Shown here in pieces: positions 1-12,660 of a stretch of 64,000 nt of DNA. The stretch spans positions 67,806,788 through 67,870,787 of the forward strand of contig CM120640.1 in assembly GCA_051362555.1 (NCBI GenBank), given 5' to 3'. This DNA comes from Lingula anatina. Its lineage: Eukaryota > Animalia > Brachiopoda. The notes beneath the pieces are model-generated. The model was not told where the DNA came from and ran no database searches. It saw only the letters and a list, made by a program, of their open reading frames with translations. Both the position numbers and the translations under genes were made by a program. Every line of letters begins with the position of its first letter. The first letter of the stretch is position 1.

Positions 1-1170
1 GCAGTACTGTAATGGATAATAAATTTTGAACTCCGGAAAAATAAAACATAAGGCTTGGCAAAGCAGACAACTTGTGGTCAAAAATGACATTATTTCATCA
101 AATTTGAACATCTGGAACTTCAGTGCACCTCTTATTTCAAGAATTTTGACCAAAATGACGTTTTCTTTATTCTAATTAATTTTTTCTGTAGGAAATTTAT
201 GGCACATTAAGGTAACTCCAAAATTAAAACATTTAGTCCCTTATATCTCCAAAACTGGCAGAGATAGGTCCATAGTTTTTATTGAACTTGAATAGGAAGT
301 CATATACTGGCACATATTGGTGGTGAAAGCAAAATGTGCAGTACTGTAATGGATAATAAATTTTGAACTCCGGAAAAATAAAACATAAGGCTTGGCAAAG
401 CAGACAACTTGTGGTCAAAAATGACATTATTTCATCAAATTTGAACATCTGGAACTTCAGTGCACCTCTTATTTCAAGAATTTTGACCAAAATGACGTTT
501 TCTTTATTTTAATTAATTTTTTCTGTAGGAAATTTATGGCACATTAAGGTAACTCCAAAATTAAAACATTTAGTCCCTTATATCTCCAAAACTGGCAGAG
601 ATAGATCCATAGTTACTATTGAAGTTGAATAGGAAGTCATATACTGGCAATTTTACTGTGACCTTGAAATTGACCTTTGACCTACTTTTCACCATGAACT
701 GAACTTTGCATATTTTTCTTCCCTTTTATCTACAAAACTGGCAGAGATAGGTCCATAGTTACTATTGAACTTGAATAGAAAGTCAGAGATAGGTCCATAG
801 TTTCTATTGAACTTGCACGGAAAGTCATATACTGGCAATCTGAGTGTGACCTTGAAATTTACCTTTGACCTACTTTTTATCATGAATTGAACTTTGCAAA
901 TTTTGGTTCCCTTTTATCTCCAAAACTGGCAGAGATATGTCCATAGTTTCTATTGAACTTGCTTGGAAAGTCATATACTGGCAGTCTAAATGTGACCTTG
1001 AAATTGACCTTTGACCTACTTTTCACTATGAACTGAACTTTGCAAATTTCTTTCTCTTTTAACTCCAAACCTGGCAGAGATAGGTCCATAGTTACCATTA
1101 AAGTTGAATAGGAAGTCATATACTGGCAATTTACTGTGACCTTGAAATTGACATTTGACCTACCTTATGA
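1..1170. repeat. Tandem array: 337-bp unit (1-337, repeated from 338) grading into ~147-bp units
   Basis: The sequence at 1 recurs near-identically at 338. The motif caaaactggcagagatag recurs near 250, 587, 733, 921 and 1067. Confidence 0.9.
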
Positions 1171-1376
1171 TGAACTTAACTTTGATTGTACCATTTTAAG
1201 TTATATATATTTTTTGCATATTTTGAAAATTCTTGTTGATTGCATTTTTACAGCTTGTCAAGCACAAGACTGGTGGCTGTGTCCCTTATTTTGTGTATGT
1301 GGGGGTCTATACGAATGCGCTTGCTCCAGCTGGTGGTACAATATTCGGAGGCGGTATCGCCTCTCTGATCCTCTAG
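1..1376 (+). mobile_element. 3' end of a non-autonomous Helitron-like element with internal tandem repeats
   Basis: Hairpin GAGGCG-GTAT-CGCCTC (1348-1363) followed 9 nt later by CTAG (1373-1376) and then T, the canonical Helitron 3' terminus. The upstream sequence is a tandem array. The 5' end lies outside the window. Confidence 0.65.
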
Positions 1377-1429
1377 TTTTTACTTTTTTATTTACATGAA
1401 TGGCTTATGGTAAGAATTCACAGTTAATA

Positions 1430-3458
1430 GTAGTATGGTTGCCATCTTGGATATCCTGTCATATTTGAAACATTTGAAATATTTTAAATAGAGAAAGCTT
1501 CAAAATTATACCAAAATAGGAAAAAGGAGTCTGCAATATATACAGTTTTATCAAAAACGTACATTACGCCTTCTGTATTCATTTTCAATGCAGTTTGATT
1601 TTTTCTCATTACGTACAGAGAATTTATGGGCAAAAAATCAGAAGGGATCATTTGTTCAATTCTGTAGCCTTCCAAAAATTTGAACTGAATTAAACAATAC
1701 TGTAGATGAATTATTGCATGAAAAAGACATTCAATTTGAAATCTAGAAAGACATCAAGCTTTCGTTCATAATCAACTCACTATAATCAACTCTTTTTCAT
1801 TGGTAGCCGTCATTGATTTATGGCAATCAAGTAAAATATGATGAATTTAAGGAAATATGAATGGTCAAAGTAGCAAGAAAGGCCTTGATGTTAAAGATAC
1901 ATTAAAGATACGTCACAGTGGTTTTAAAATAATGTTTCTTTAATTTCTCTCTCTATATATATATTATTAGTAATGAATCAGATAAGTAAGCATATTTAAT
2001 GTACGTAATAGCAGCCATCTTGAATATTAATTGCAATGTAAAAATCTGAGAAAGTTTCTTTGAAATGATTCAAAGAAAAAAGTTATTTAAGATAAAAAGT
2101 AATTTAAAAATGAGTTCAAAAAAGTACAGAAATACTGAGTACGCAATTTAGTAAGGCTCTCAACGTGGTATTGTCCACACAGGTAGTTGCAGTTCATTTT
2201 CTACAATGGCCAACTTGGAATCATGATAAATGAAGCAAAAATAATCACTTTTGGACAGAATGAAGTGTCCAAGAAGCAAAATGAGATTGCAATACAGATA
2301 AATTTATCAAAAAATAAATATCTTTAATTTGCTAATTATTCAATTTGATGTTTTTCAACATGCAAATCAAAATAATGTATGTTTTGGATCCAGAAATTGA
2401 CGGCCATTTTGGACTTTTCAACCCTAAACTATAAGCCTAAAACCATTTTGAATCATTCAGTTATATATTCCATTCCATAACTTGAACAATAAAGCTCAGA
2501 AATAGCCTTTTAAGTAAGGCTCACAACATGTGGTATTGTCCATACGGGTAGCGTGCAGTTCATTTTTATCAATGGCAAACTTGGAATCATGATAAATGAA
2601 GAAAAATTAACCACTTTTTGGCTGAATAAAGTGTCTAAGAAGCAAAATGAAATTTCAATCAGATAAATTTATCAAAAAATAAATGTTTTTAATTTACTTA
2701 TTATTCAATTTAATGTTTTTTAACATGCAAATCAAAATAATGTACGTTTTGAATCCAGAAATTGGTGGGCATTTTGGATTTTTATACCCTGAACAAAATC
2801 TCAAAACAATTTAAATTATTCCGTCATACATTTCATACCATGACCTGTGCAATAAATCCTCCATTAAGTAGTCTGAGATGTTTTATACTGAGAAAGGCTT
2901 GTTGACATATCAAAACAAAAAGCCCATTTTAAGTGGTGGCCATCTTGGATTAGAGCCATCTGTGTTCAAATGTACAATTTTGTGATAAATTAACTGGTAA
3001 AAATTAAAAATATAGACTTCAACTTATTCAAATACATCAAAACATGTAAAATATTCCTAATTTTTGGTTAATAAAAAAAAAATTCAAATTAAGGTATTTG
3101 TATTTTTTCACAAAAAGTAAGGAAGATGGCCGCCATCTTGGATTCAGTCGCCATCTTGAAAAATGTAAAGTGCCTGAAAAATCAAAGAAGGCCAAAGTAC
3201 TTGTGATCAGTGCAAATTTTGATAATATTAAGTTGTTAAGTAACTTTTAAATCAATTTTTGTATTTACGGTTGACACATGAATTTACTGGCGGCCATCTT
3301 GGATTTGGCCTGTTTCCGGTACAAACGGACACTTTTTCAAGCCGGAAACAAGCAGAAATGAACAATTCAGGTTCTAAACTACAAGAATCAATCCTAAAAC
3401 CTTTGCCTGACGGGGGGTGCAGCCAAATTGGATTTTTTGGCCTTTGGCTCATGGACTA
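1430..3458 (-). mobile_element. Academ-like DNA transposon terminal region (non-coding remnant)
   Basis: The minus strand starts TAGTCCATGAG at 3458, and Academ termini begin TAG. There are repeated subterminal GCCATCTTG(G) motifs (about 1441, 2034, 2938, 2954, 3132, 3149, 3292). The left boundary is not identified. Confidence 0.45.
2150..2845. repeat. Diverged ~363-bp direct tandem duplication
   Basis: agtaaggctc...tggtattgtcca...cttggaatcatgataaatgaag...cagataaatttatcaaaaaataaat occurs from about 2150 and again from about 2513. Confidence 0.85.
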
Positions 3459-4435
3459 TAAAGGTCGACCAAACTTTCTTCATCTGATACTATATTTATA
3501 GGCACTTGTTATGAGTGGGAAATATTTTTCGTGCAATATTTATTCTCCACACACCACCTCGCGAGATCAACGTGTAGCTGGACACTTACACAGTGAGACC
3601 CTACGACATAAAAGTTGCAATTTATCTTCATATTTCGTGTAGTTATGCATTTAAAAGCACTTACCTGTTTTTTGAAAACCTTGTCCAACGTAATATCATA
3701 TAAATTCTGTATTTCTCTCATTTTTTAGAAACTTGGGACTCCGTTTCTGTTTCTGTCCTCAAAAATCAACAGACGAAGGCACATATACTAACAAACGAGA
3801 TTTAAACGAGAGTAACAATTAAGCGTAACAGAGATAGGCATCCATTGTTCTCTGGGTTCTATTCATTCCGACCAATGAGAGACCGTAATACGGGCTCCGC
3901 CCCCACGCGTGTAATCTCCTTCTGTTATAACTCCTTGGTTGACCTAAATACTCAACCCAAACCATCCAAATATAATTTCCCAATGAATTGGGATTGAAAA
4001 CTTCTGCTTGAACAAAACTGTTAAGTTCCTCCAACATACACATCATAAATATTATGTAAAGGTTAGCAGAAAATTGTGTTATTGAACTAACTTATATAAA
4101 TTAAGAACAATTTTGACCAAAACCCTAAAGGCTGGGAGCCTATTCATAACTAAAAAAAACTGTAACACCCATTTCATGTTCATATTTATAAGTGCGCTTC
4201 ATACCTCAACTTTATCTCCTAATTTCCCCTTCAACTTCTCCTTTATTGCTGCCAAAGAAGTGTCTTAAATGCGTCTTTTCTTCGGTGGAGGCTGCTAAAA
4301 TGTGTAGAAATGTTTATTAAAAAACATTCACATATATATATAACTGGCCTGGAACGGGATCTGGCCTGTGACATCTACATGCATTAAGTATGTAACATGA
4401 AGTCGAAAAAATATTGTGGACGGCAGAAATGACAA

Positions 4436-5893
4436 ATGCTCGGAATTCATTTCTCTTATGATTACGAAAGCTGTAGGTTTCTAGACTTCGATAGTAAAGT
4501 TGATCAAATTGAAAAGCTGCTTAACCTTTGGTCCAGCAGAGACCTCACATGGATTGGAAAGATACAAATACTGAAAACATTGGGTCTGGCTAAACTGGTT
4601 TATGCTAATACAGTTCTTGAGACCCCAAATGATATTATTTTGAGGATAGATGCTTTATTCAAAAAATGTCTATGGAATGATAAAAAACCAAAATTAAAGC
4701 AGAATACATTAACAGCCCCAAAGAGTAAAGGTGGTTTAAATTTGACACATGTGCCATCGCACGTGCGGTCTCTGAAGGCCTCAATGGTTAAGCGCATAAT
4801 GTCAGCTGACAACGATGATCCGTGGGTTATAAACATACTGAAATATTTAAGAAGTGTGGGAGGAAAACTCATTTTCAGTTGTAATTATGAACTTAAGAAT
4901 ATTAACATTTCGGACATGCCACCTTATTACGTAGCCATGCTAGATGCATGGAGTGATTTAATACAAACAGACCCTAATAATGCCTCCGATATAAAGAAAC
5001 AGATAATATGGAATAATAGATTCATACTTGTAAACAAAAAGTCAATATATCTAAGGCATTGGTCAAAAGCCGGAGTAAATTATATTCAAGATATCATAAA
5101 TATTAATGGTGAATTTATATCATTAGAAGAAATAATAAATCAACACAACTTCGATATTAAGCTGCCGAATTTTCTAGAATACGAAAAAGTAAAAAAATCA
5201 ATTCCGATATCATGGTTACGTAAACTTCGGGAAAATGCAGAAACAGTTGACAACACAGACTCAGATGAGATAGTATGGACTCTTGCCTCTACAAAAACCA
5301 TTTACGATAAGCTAATAGAAAGAAATGTAATAAATCTACCCACAGCAAGTTTGCATCTTATCAAATCAGGCATAAGTGAAAATGATTGGCAGAGAGTTTT
5401 CTTAATACCATTTGAGTCTGTCAAAGAAACTCAACTACAAGTAATGCAATACAGAATAATTCACAATGTGCTGTACACAAATTCTACACTGTTCAAAATG
5501 AAAATAGTTACTAGCCCAGGATGTACTAACTGCCATATGAAAGAAACAATAATACATCGTTTTGTGGAATGTGTACGCGCAAGAAATTTTTGGATTGCAT
5601 TTGAAAACTGGTGGAACATTCCGAATAATACCATACACTTCAGAAAAAATGAAAAAACTATAATGTACGGGTGTCTGTCAAGCGACCAGCGCGTAAAAGC
5701 TTTAAATTTCTGTATTATTGTGGCTAAACAATTCATAAACAAAAATTCAGAAAATCCATCAGTCTATGATTTTGAACTGTTTCTGCATTTTCTTAGCCAG
5801 AAGAAGAAAATAGAAAAATACATTGCTATAAAGACAGGAAAAGAAGATAGGTTTAATACAAAATGGAAACGCATTCCTACCATAACGTGTTAA
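4436..5893 (+). CDS. C-terminal half of LINE ORF2 (RT thumb region plus cysteine-rich zinc-binding motif); lacks endonuclease and RT catalytic core
   Basis: The 485-aa ORF has LGIHF...WSSRDLTWIGKIQILK, typical of L1-clade post-RT sequence, and CTNC-x7-H-x4-C. The ATG comes from the target site. Confidence 0.85.
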   Translation: MLGIHFSYDYESCRFLDFDSKVDQIEKLLNLWSSRDLTWIGKIQILKTLGLAKLVYANTVLETPNDIILRIDALFKKCLWNDKKPKLKQNTLTAPKSKGGLNLTHVPSHVRSLKASMVKRIMSADNDDPWVINILKYLRSVGGKLIFSCNYELKNINISDMPPYYVAMLDAWSDLIQTDPNNASDIKKQIIWNNRFILVNKKSIYLRHWSKAGVNYIQDIININGEFISLEEIINQHNFDIKLPNFLEYEKVKKSIPISWLRKLRENAETVDNTDSDEIVWTLASTKTIYDKLIERNVINLPTASLHLIKSGISENDWQRVFLIPFESVKETQLQVMQYRIIHNVLYTNSTLFKMKIVTSPGCTNCHMKETIIHRFVECVRARNFWIAFENWWNIPNNTIHFRKNEKTIMYGCLSSDQRVKALNFCIIVAKQFINKNSENPSVYDFELFLHFLSQKKKIEKYIAIKTGKEDRFNTKWKRIPTITC

Positions 5894-6318
5894 AATTTTC
5901 ACCTCTAGTACGCTATAGTTGCCGTTATGTAGTTCACAACAAGCATGTATACGTGTAGTATGTATGGATGGATGAGTGAGTGAAAGTATGTCTATATATT
6001 TATGTTCTTTTTTATTTATCAGTATTTAATTACCGTAATTACCATCAGTATTATATGCATTTAATCTTTGATTACCTGTCTAAACATTTCATTAAATATG
6101 TTATAGTTGCCGATATGTAGCTCACGCGTAGTATGCATGGATGGATGAGTGAGTGAGAGTATTTCGATATATTTACGCTCTTTTTATTTATCTATTAGTA
6201 TTTAACTACCGTAATTATCATCAGCATTGTTTTACATGCATTCAATCTTTGATTATCTGTTTAAATATTTCATTATATATGTATATTTTCTTTTTTTTTT
6301 CTTTGAGTGAATAAACGC

Positions 6319-6350
<32 letters not shown>
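4440..6350 (+). mobile_element. 5'-truncated L1/Tx1-clade LINE with poly(A) tail and 15-bp TSD
   Basis: TSD AGAAATGACAAATGC at 4425-4439 and 6351-6365, AATAAA at 6310-6315 and poly(A) at 6323-6350. The 3' UTR has a diverged ~190-bp duplication (about 5913 and 6102). Confidence 0.95.
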
Positions 6351-6353
<3 letters not shown>

Positions 6354-7149
6354 AATGACAAATGCATCTAATAGTAATATGTCAACATCGAAACAATACG
6401 GGAGTATTAAACTGTAGTCTGTCACCATGTACATCATTCATTCATCAAAAAATACAGATTCTAATGGTCCATTGAAAAAAAAACATTTTGAATAACATGA
6501 CAATGTGAACATGCTTGGCAAAAAATGGATGTTATTTGAACATTAAACAAACAGTTATCTAATATGTCAATTATGACAAGATAAACGCAAAATATTTTAC
6601 CTTTCTTGTCAATGTGCCATCATCTTCATCTGAATCAACACTGAGGTACCTGGTATTTATCTTCACAGTTCTATGACTCTTACCACCATCTCTGTCCCTT
6701 GTGGGTGTGTTGGAGCATCCAGTCTCAATATAGTTGTCTAGGTATTTGCTAAGTGTGTCTTTATCATCTAAAAATAGGTAATGTTAAAAGAAAAATTAAA
6801 TGCTCTCTAATATCCATATATCATACAGTATGTCAAATAGAGACATGCCCCTCAATCAATGCGAAATGGACTATATTCACATCTTAACTTTTGTTCATTA
6901 TTTATAATTATACCCCTTTTTATCATTTTTACACAAAAATCAACTAATTTTGAAACCCACATTCACAAATAAAGAGGAAATACACCAAAAAGAGAAAAAT
7001 CCTTGTTAACAGAGATGAGCCTGGGTTTCATAAAAAATATCTATACAGAAAAAGGAATGATCCCTCACCTTTCTAGGGACATTCCTTAACTCCCAGGGCT
7101 CTGGGACCAGGACCAGGTCGCACCAAGCCTGGCCCGAAAACCAACCAGT

Positions 7150-8900
7150 TACATTTCTGGTGCCAACCGCTCTACATATTGGAGGTAGGCATTTGCACTA
7201 GCCTTTGCTAGGATCTCTTTCCAAGGCTGCCCCTTGATGACAGAAATACTACTTGTCCCAGATGAGCAGGAGTAGATGCAGCCTCACCTTCTCTTGAAAA
7301 GTATGGGCTGTCCGTTTCCAGTAGCAGTCTATTGAGAGACATGTTATACACTGTTTTGTAGGCAGTGGATACATTATCACTTTTAAACTGATGCACTGCT
7401 CCTGCTATTCCGAAGTAAGTGTTCGGAAAGTGCTTTAACCATGATCCTACTAAGTCCATGGATCCAAGAAAACAATGGCAATGGATCAGCCTTTCCTGAC
7501 CAACAGCTGGCACCAACCTAAGAACATTGAGAATAATTCTCCATGCTGTGTCATCAGCATCACTTGAATTTCTCAATCCATGGCCATGAAGAATCGAGAC
7601 TTTTCCTGGCTGAAGAAAGGATAGGGCAATCTCCAAGTTTTGAATCTGCTCATCCCACTTCGAGACTTTACAAGTCATATCAAATCCAACCTCTCCCAAT
7701 GCAGCCACTTCTGGCTTGGCCACAACCCTTTGGAATCTGGCTCACTCTTCAGTCTTTACCTGATGCTTGGGGTGCATGCCCACAGCCACCACCCCTCCAA
7801 TTTCCTGAATGCCTTTGCATATATCAGGACTTGGGTATATTTCAGGGTCACAATAGACTGCAGTAAACCCTTCGATTTTAACCCCGCAGCTATCGACGGG
7901 AACAGCCTGAATGATTTCTTGTAGCCCAGTTGTCCTAGGTAACTTCAAAAATTTCTGAGCTTTGTCCAGATGACAATGGGCATCAAATGCTTCCTGAGTT
8001 TGGGACAATTACCTTACCTCCTCTTCATCAGGTTCAAACAGCTGTTTCAGCTGTTCCTGTAACTCCTTATCAATCATAGAGAAGAGGTCTAACAACACTC
8101 TCCAGTTAAGAAGACGTAACATGAGGCTTTCCTCAGTGAAGGGCAGATGGCAATCAAACGCATATTCAGCTGTATCTGGGCCTTTGCACCAGGACAGCAA
8201 ACATCCCTTTTCTCTCTCTTGACATGGCGCTTTCGCCGCTGGTGAACTGGAAGCCATTCTCTTCCCATGATGATAACTCCCATGACCTGGCCATGCTCAG
8301 ATCTACGGGGCGATGGTGAGCTACGTCGTTTGTACGGCGAACTTCTCCTCTGCCTTCTCCAATCTTTATGGTAAGGAGAGCCTTTCCTCCCCCTGGATGA
8401 TCCACTTTTATCTTCTGCTGGCCGTACTGCCGTTGATGTCACCTTACGTCTAGGTTCAGACATATGCACCTTGTACTTAGTGTGAGAAGCAACTCCTTTG
8501 AGTGCCCAGCCTCCACCTCCATTCTGACATCTGACCTTTGAGATTCTTTAATCTCAGCAGTCATGTCAGATGTACCAGCTGACTCTTCAGTTTTTGTAAT
8601 TCTTTGAGGCGTCACTCCTGACAACAATGCCTCCTCCTCATCAGAGTCAAGCTCCATGTCCTCACCCATAATCACCCTTTGGTGAGTTATGGTAGGATCC
8701 TCTTTGAGCCTAATGTCCTTTGACATTTCCAGGCCTGCTTATGCAGTACTAGGCCCTTGTTTAGCAGGTAATTGAATGTGAATAACATTTTCACATATCC
8801 ACTCATGCCGCTAAAAACCGAATTCTTTCAGGTCTCGAGCCACCTGCTTTCTCCAGTTGTTATTTTTCTTGCCTTTCTGACCCTTGAGGATAGCCTTTGT
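7150..8900 (-). pseudogene. Zinc-finger-like/TatD nuclease multidomain pseudogene, copy 1
   Basis: TatD motifs FDAHCHLD, VGMHPK, LGEVGFD, ILH, HCHCF and LLETDSPYF lie in one frame with stops at 8009 and 7742. Upstream fragments WRKQVARDLKEFGF*RHEWICEN, KDIRLKEDPTIT, CLLSWC...CHLP and NWRVLLDL match copy 2. Frameshifts are present. Confidence 0.85.
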
Positions 8901-9420
8901 TTGCTGTTGTTCCGCTCATTCCTTCAAACAGTTGATCCAAAAGTGTATGGTCACCATCTGAAACCAACTTGACAAAGGGTGTGAGGATGGACCTTGCATT
9001 AAGTATGTAATTTTGCTCTGGTTGTATTGTCTCTGGCTTCAAGAGACATGTCTTCATATGCTTCCAAAGTGATGATTTCAAATAAAATCAGGGCTAATTT
9101 CCATGGTTTATTCGCTGGGCAACAACCAGCTCGCATTCACCCTCTGTAATTACCTTTGTGTTTTGGAGAATTGCCTTTATTTTGGACCTTCAAAAAAATT
9201 TTCTTTCTTTCTATGGACTTTGGTGGAAGAAGGAGAGCCCTCTTGATATCTTCCTCTGGGCACAAGTGTAGTGAGTAGATATTTTTGATTTATTACAAGA
9301 TTTACAGTAGGCACAGTAATCTAACTTTTTGTAATTTCGCTTTCCGTCTGGAGCCTTCTCATAGATTGGGACACGTACGTTTTCAAGATGCTGCCATAAA
9401 AGTGTGTCAAACAAGTTCTT
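8900..9420 (-). pseudogene. Fragment of a Crypton-like (tyrosine-recombinase-associated) transposon protein
   Basis: Frameshifted pieces KRNYKKLDYCAYCKS..SKISTH, VQNKGN..NTKVITEGECELVV and KSSLWKHMKTC resemble the N-terminal Cys/His region of metazoan integrase-like transposon proteins as I recall them. No recombinase domain is visible. Confidence 0.5.
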
Positions 9421-10368
9421 GTTGTCCTCACCGTTTGGCTCACAATCTGTACTGTTGTCATTTTATTCCTGATCTGCATCACTTACAAATTGTGTCTCTT
9501 TGTTCTTTACTTTTAACTAAACTGTATAAACATATATAAACCCAAACCTAATAATTCTCTAATTATAATAATAATGATAATAAACTCTGGTCTAAAAGTT
9601 GACAAAGTATTTATTAAACAGATACATTTGTAATTATCTTAGTGTAGCAAACATAATATTTTTAATAGAAATTTTAAATATTTGTTATATGAGGTTTACA
9701 AGTTAAACAAGGCAGCAAAGTCACATCTTCAAAATGCCAAAATGTAAACAAGAGATAACCGTGCTGAAACTTTGTTGAAATTTAATGATTTCTTACAATT
9801 AAACATGTTGGTGATGAAAGCAAATACGTATTTGACATCTGTTCCTTAAAGGAAAAAACACTTTAAGCACAAATTTTAACTTTGAAAAGTACCAAAACCT
9901 CTTCTCTAATTACATGTCATTGGTCACAAATTAAAAAAAAATATATTATCTCCATATGGCCCCACCTATATATGCCATCTTGTATCAGCTTACAACTCTT
10001 CCCCCTCAAATTTTTTAAGCTACTGCACCTACATGAAGGGAATGGAATTTACTGCCACTTTTACTACATAAAATATGCTCTACTAGAGAACTCGAGGTTT
10101 ATCTATTAATAAGACATTTTGTAAATAAAATTTTTATAAATGACTTTTAAAATTGAGTGAAGGAGTGACATTTCTAACTTTTACATTGCTTGATTTAATA
10201 AGTTTATTTTATTTTCTTTTAGTAGCCTCATTTCTTTCTTGTTGTATTATAAAGTCTACTGAACAAATTTGGATTTAAGATTCAAATTGTTTATCATTAT
10301 TATGATCTCTAAAAAATCTATTTCTCTTTTACCTACTTATGCTCATGTAGATGAATATTTATTAGCAT

Positions 10369-12660
10369 TTAATCTAACATAGATTGCAAATTCATTTGGG
10401 CCACTTTTGCCTCCCATTTCCTTTTCTTAAATTCAAACATTTCCTTCTTCAACTTCAATTTTTCTTCCTCTATCTCGACCAACCTCTTTAAACACAAAAG
10501 TTTCTCAGATTCTACGTCTATGACTTTGTCCAGTCTGGAGTCCTCTGAAAATTTAATACAAATCATAATTTTTTTTAAAAAATCAGCTGTTACACCATTT
10601 GCTTATAGAACACATTTCAATTTATGTGTACATCAGTTTATGTGTGCTCCTCTAGTTATTATTGAAGTTATATTTAAAAATTCTTACTTGTCTTCCTTGG
10701 TGCTTTTCTTGGTGATACTGTTTCTGGGATTTCTGAAAAAAATTACAAAAACAAAACATTTATTTTGGTAACAAAAAATAACTTATGTTAAAATATTAGT
10801 AATAAGATCGTTCTATCATTATAAAAAATAAGTCTTAAGATTACTGGTATTAATAGAGTACCTTCTGGCTCTTCTCTTGGATGGCTGGCTTCATGCGTCC
10901 CTGGCACTACTGTGTCTTATTCCCCTGAGTTGATGTCTGAAAAATGTAGTTTATCTCCAGATTTGACTTTTATTCAACTTCAGCATCTTACTTTGTCTTT
11001 TAGAAACACTGCCATCATGCATAGTGATGGTATTAGTGTTTAAAAGTACTGTACATATGTCTATAAAGGAGGAAAGAGTAGCTAAAATATTATTTTTAAA
11101 GATTACAGAATGTATAATAATAAAGCTTACTTTCATACAAAAAATCCATGCGCCAATGTCAATTTAGGGCATCATCCTCATCATCATTATTACAGATTGT
11201 TTGAGCTGTAAACGTAAGATTGATAATTTTTTTCACATGTTTATTAAATATTATATGTGAATTTTTCATAATAATGGTTGAATACAATGTAATACTATAA
11301 TAATAAAAATAAAAGATGAATGATAACTTTGGTATACTTGCCATTTTGACTTTGCTGGAAAGTATCAGTTCCACCCTGACAACCACTAATGGCTGTTTCT
11401 CCAATAATTGACACAACCTAAGACAAAAGTACCAATAAATTTAAGTCAAATAAAAGTCATAAATCATTTTATTTGTAATAAATGAACACAGATTATATAT
11501 GTATGCATGTAAAAAGAAAAATAAATAAATAAATATTGCTAACATTATTTTAGCTTTTCTTGTATTGGAGTCAGTATGATCTGAGACCCCCCCCCCACCA
11601 GTCTTGTGAATTTCCCTCCTCCTCTCTGCTTCCTTCTTCTTCGTGCAATCAGACCATTTTTTGCGGATATCTTTAACATCTTTCCTGTCTATCCCTACAC
11701 CGTTGACTCAGAAAATCAATAAGATATTACAAATTTTTTCTGCTATAACAAAACAAACATTTAATGTTTCCAATTCTCTTCAGTGTGCTGCTGGTATGCA
11801 TAATGATGTAATTCCCTGTGTTGTGGATCCCACGCCAAACGAACACAAACTACGGGAAAATGTTCACACCTTTATTCACGCACATACACTGACATGGTGA
11901 AACTAAAAATAACAAAATAATGAAAGATAAACACCAAACTGATAATATAAAAATACACAAATATAATATAAACTAAATACAAATATAAAAAGAAATAATG
12001 AATTAATTATAAGAAACGGGAAATGTGCATACTATAAATTTGGCTAGACAAACAACTTATGCTTTTACATATACATTGTGCAAATGGTTAACAATACGTA
12101 CAGAGAAATGTGGCTTTTCCCCGCCCGATGGTGATCCACAGATTTTGCCAAAGTGACTACTAAATCTTGAGACTTGGCAACCTGAGCCTTCTGCTCATCA
12201 ATTCCAAAGGGGGCCGCGCCCAGAACTACTCCTGGCCGTATATATACTGAGCAAATCATTTGCATAACAAAACAAATATGACTAGTAATATGACCATAAT
12301 CGCAACTTGTTGTCGTAAGCGATTATACCCCGTGTGTACAAAAAAAAAAAAAAAAAATTAATTGAAGCATAGAATTAAAAATATATATATATCAATATTC
12401 AAGTCACCTATTTTAGTGCTTTTGGTTTTAAAAAAATGGACAGAAACCTTCTAATGATTTCTTGCCAAGCTTTCATCTTAGCCTCATTGGTTACTGTTGT
12501 TGAAAATTTAGTGAATAATATACTTTTCCTCCTTTCCTCTTCATCAACCAAAACTTCAACTTCTTCGCTCATATATTTCACTCGCTTTCTCACGGCTCCA
12601 TCTTCACTTCTGGCTCCGGGAAAAACTGCGCCAAGGCTTTTATACTGTCACCTCTGCATC
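10369..12660 (-). pseudogene. Spliced Myb/SANT-like plus coiled-coil gene of PIF/Harbinger accessory type (MSANTD4/NAIF1-like), probably decayed
   Basis: RKRVKYMSEEVEVLVDE...AKMKAWQEI (12593-12450), VNGVG...DIRKKWSDC...HKTGGG (about 11705-11590) and a C-terminal coiled coil (10549-10369). Splice sites and start are degenerate. Confidence 0.65.

Noticed and set aside
1-1170. Regular repeats as a CRISPR array
   Set aside because: The units repeat in full with no unique spacers, the context is eukaryotic, and there are no cas genes.
11800-12345. Possible solo LTR (octamer, TATA-like and AATAAA on the minus strand) inside the Myb-like gene
   Set aside because: I could not define matching TG...CA ends with a target-site duplication.
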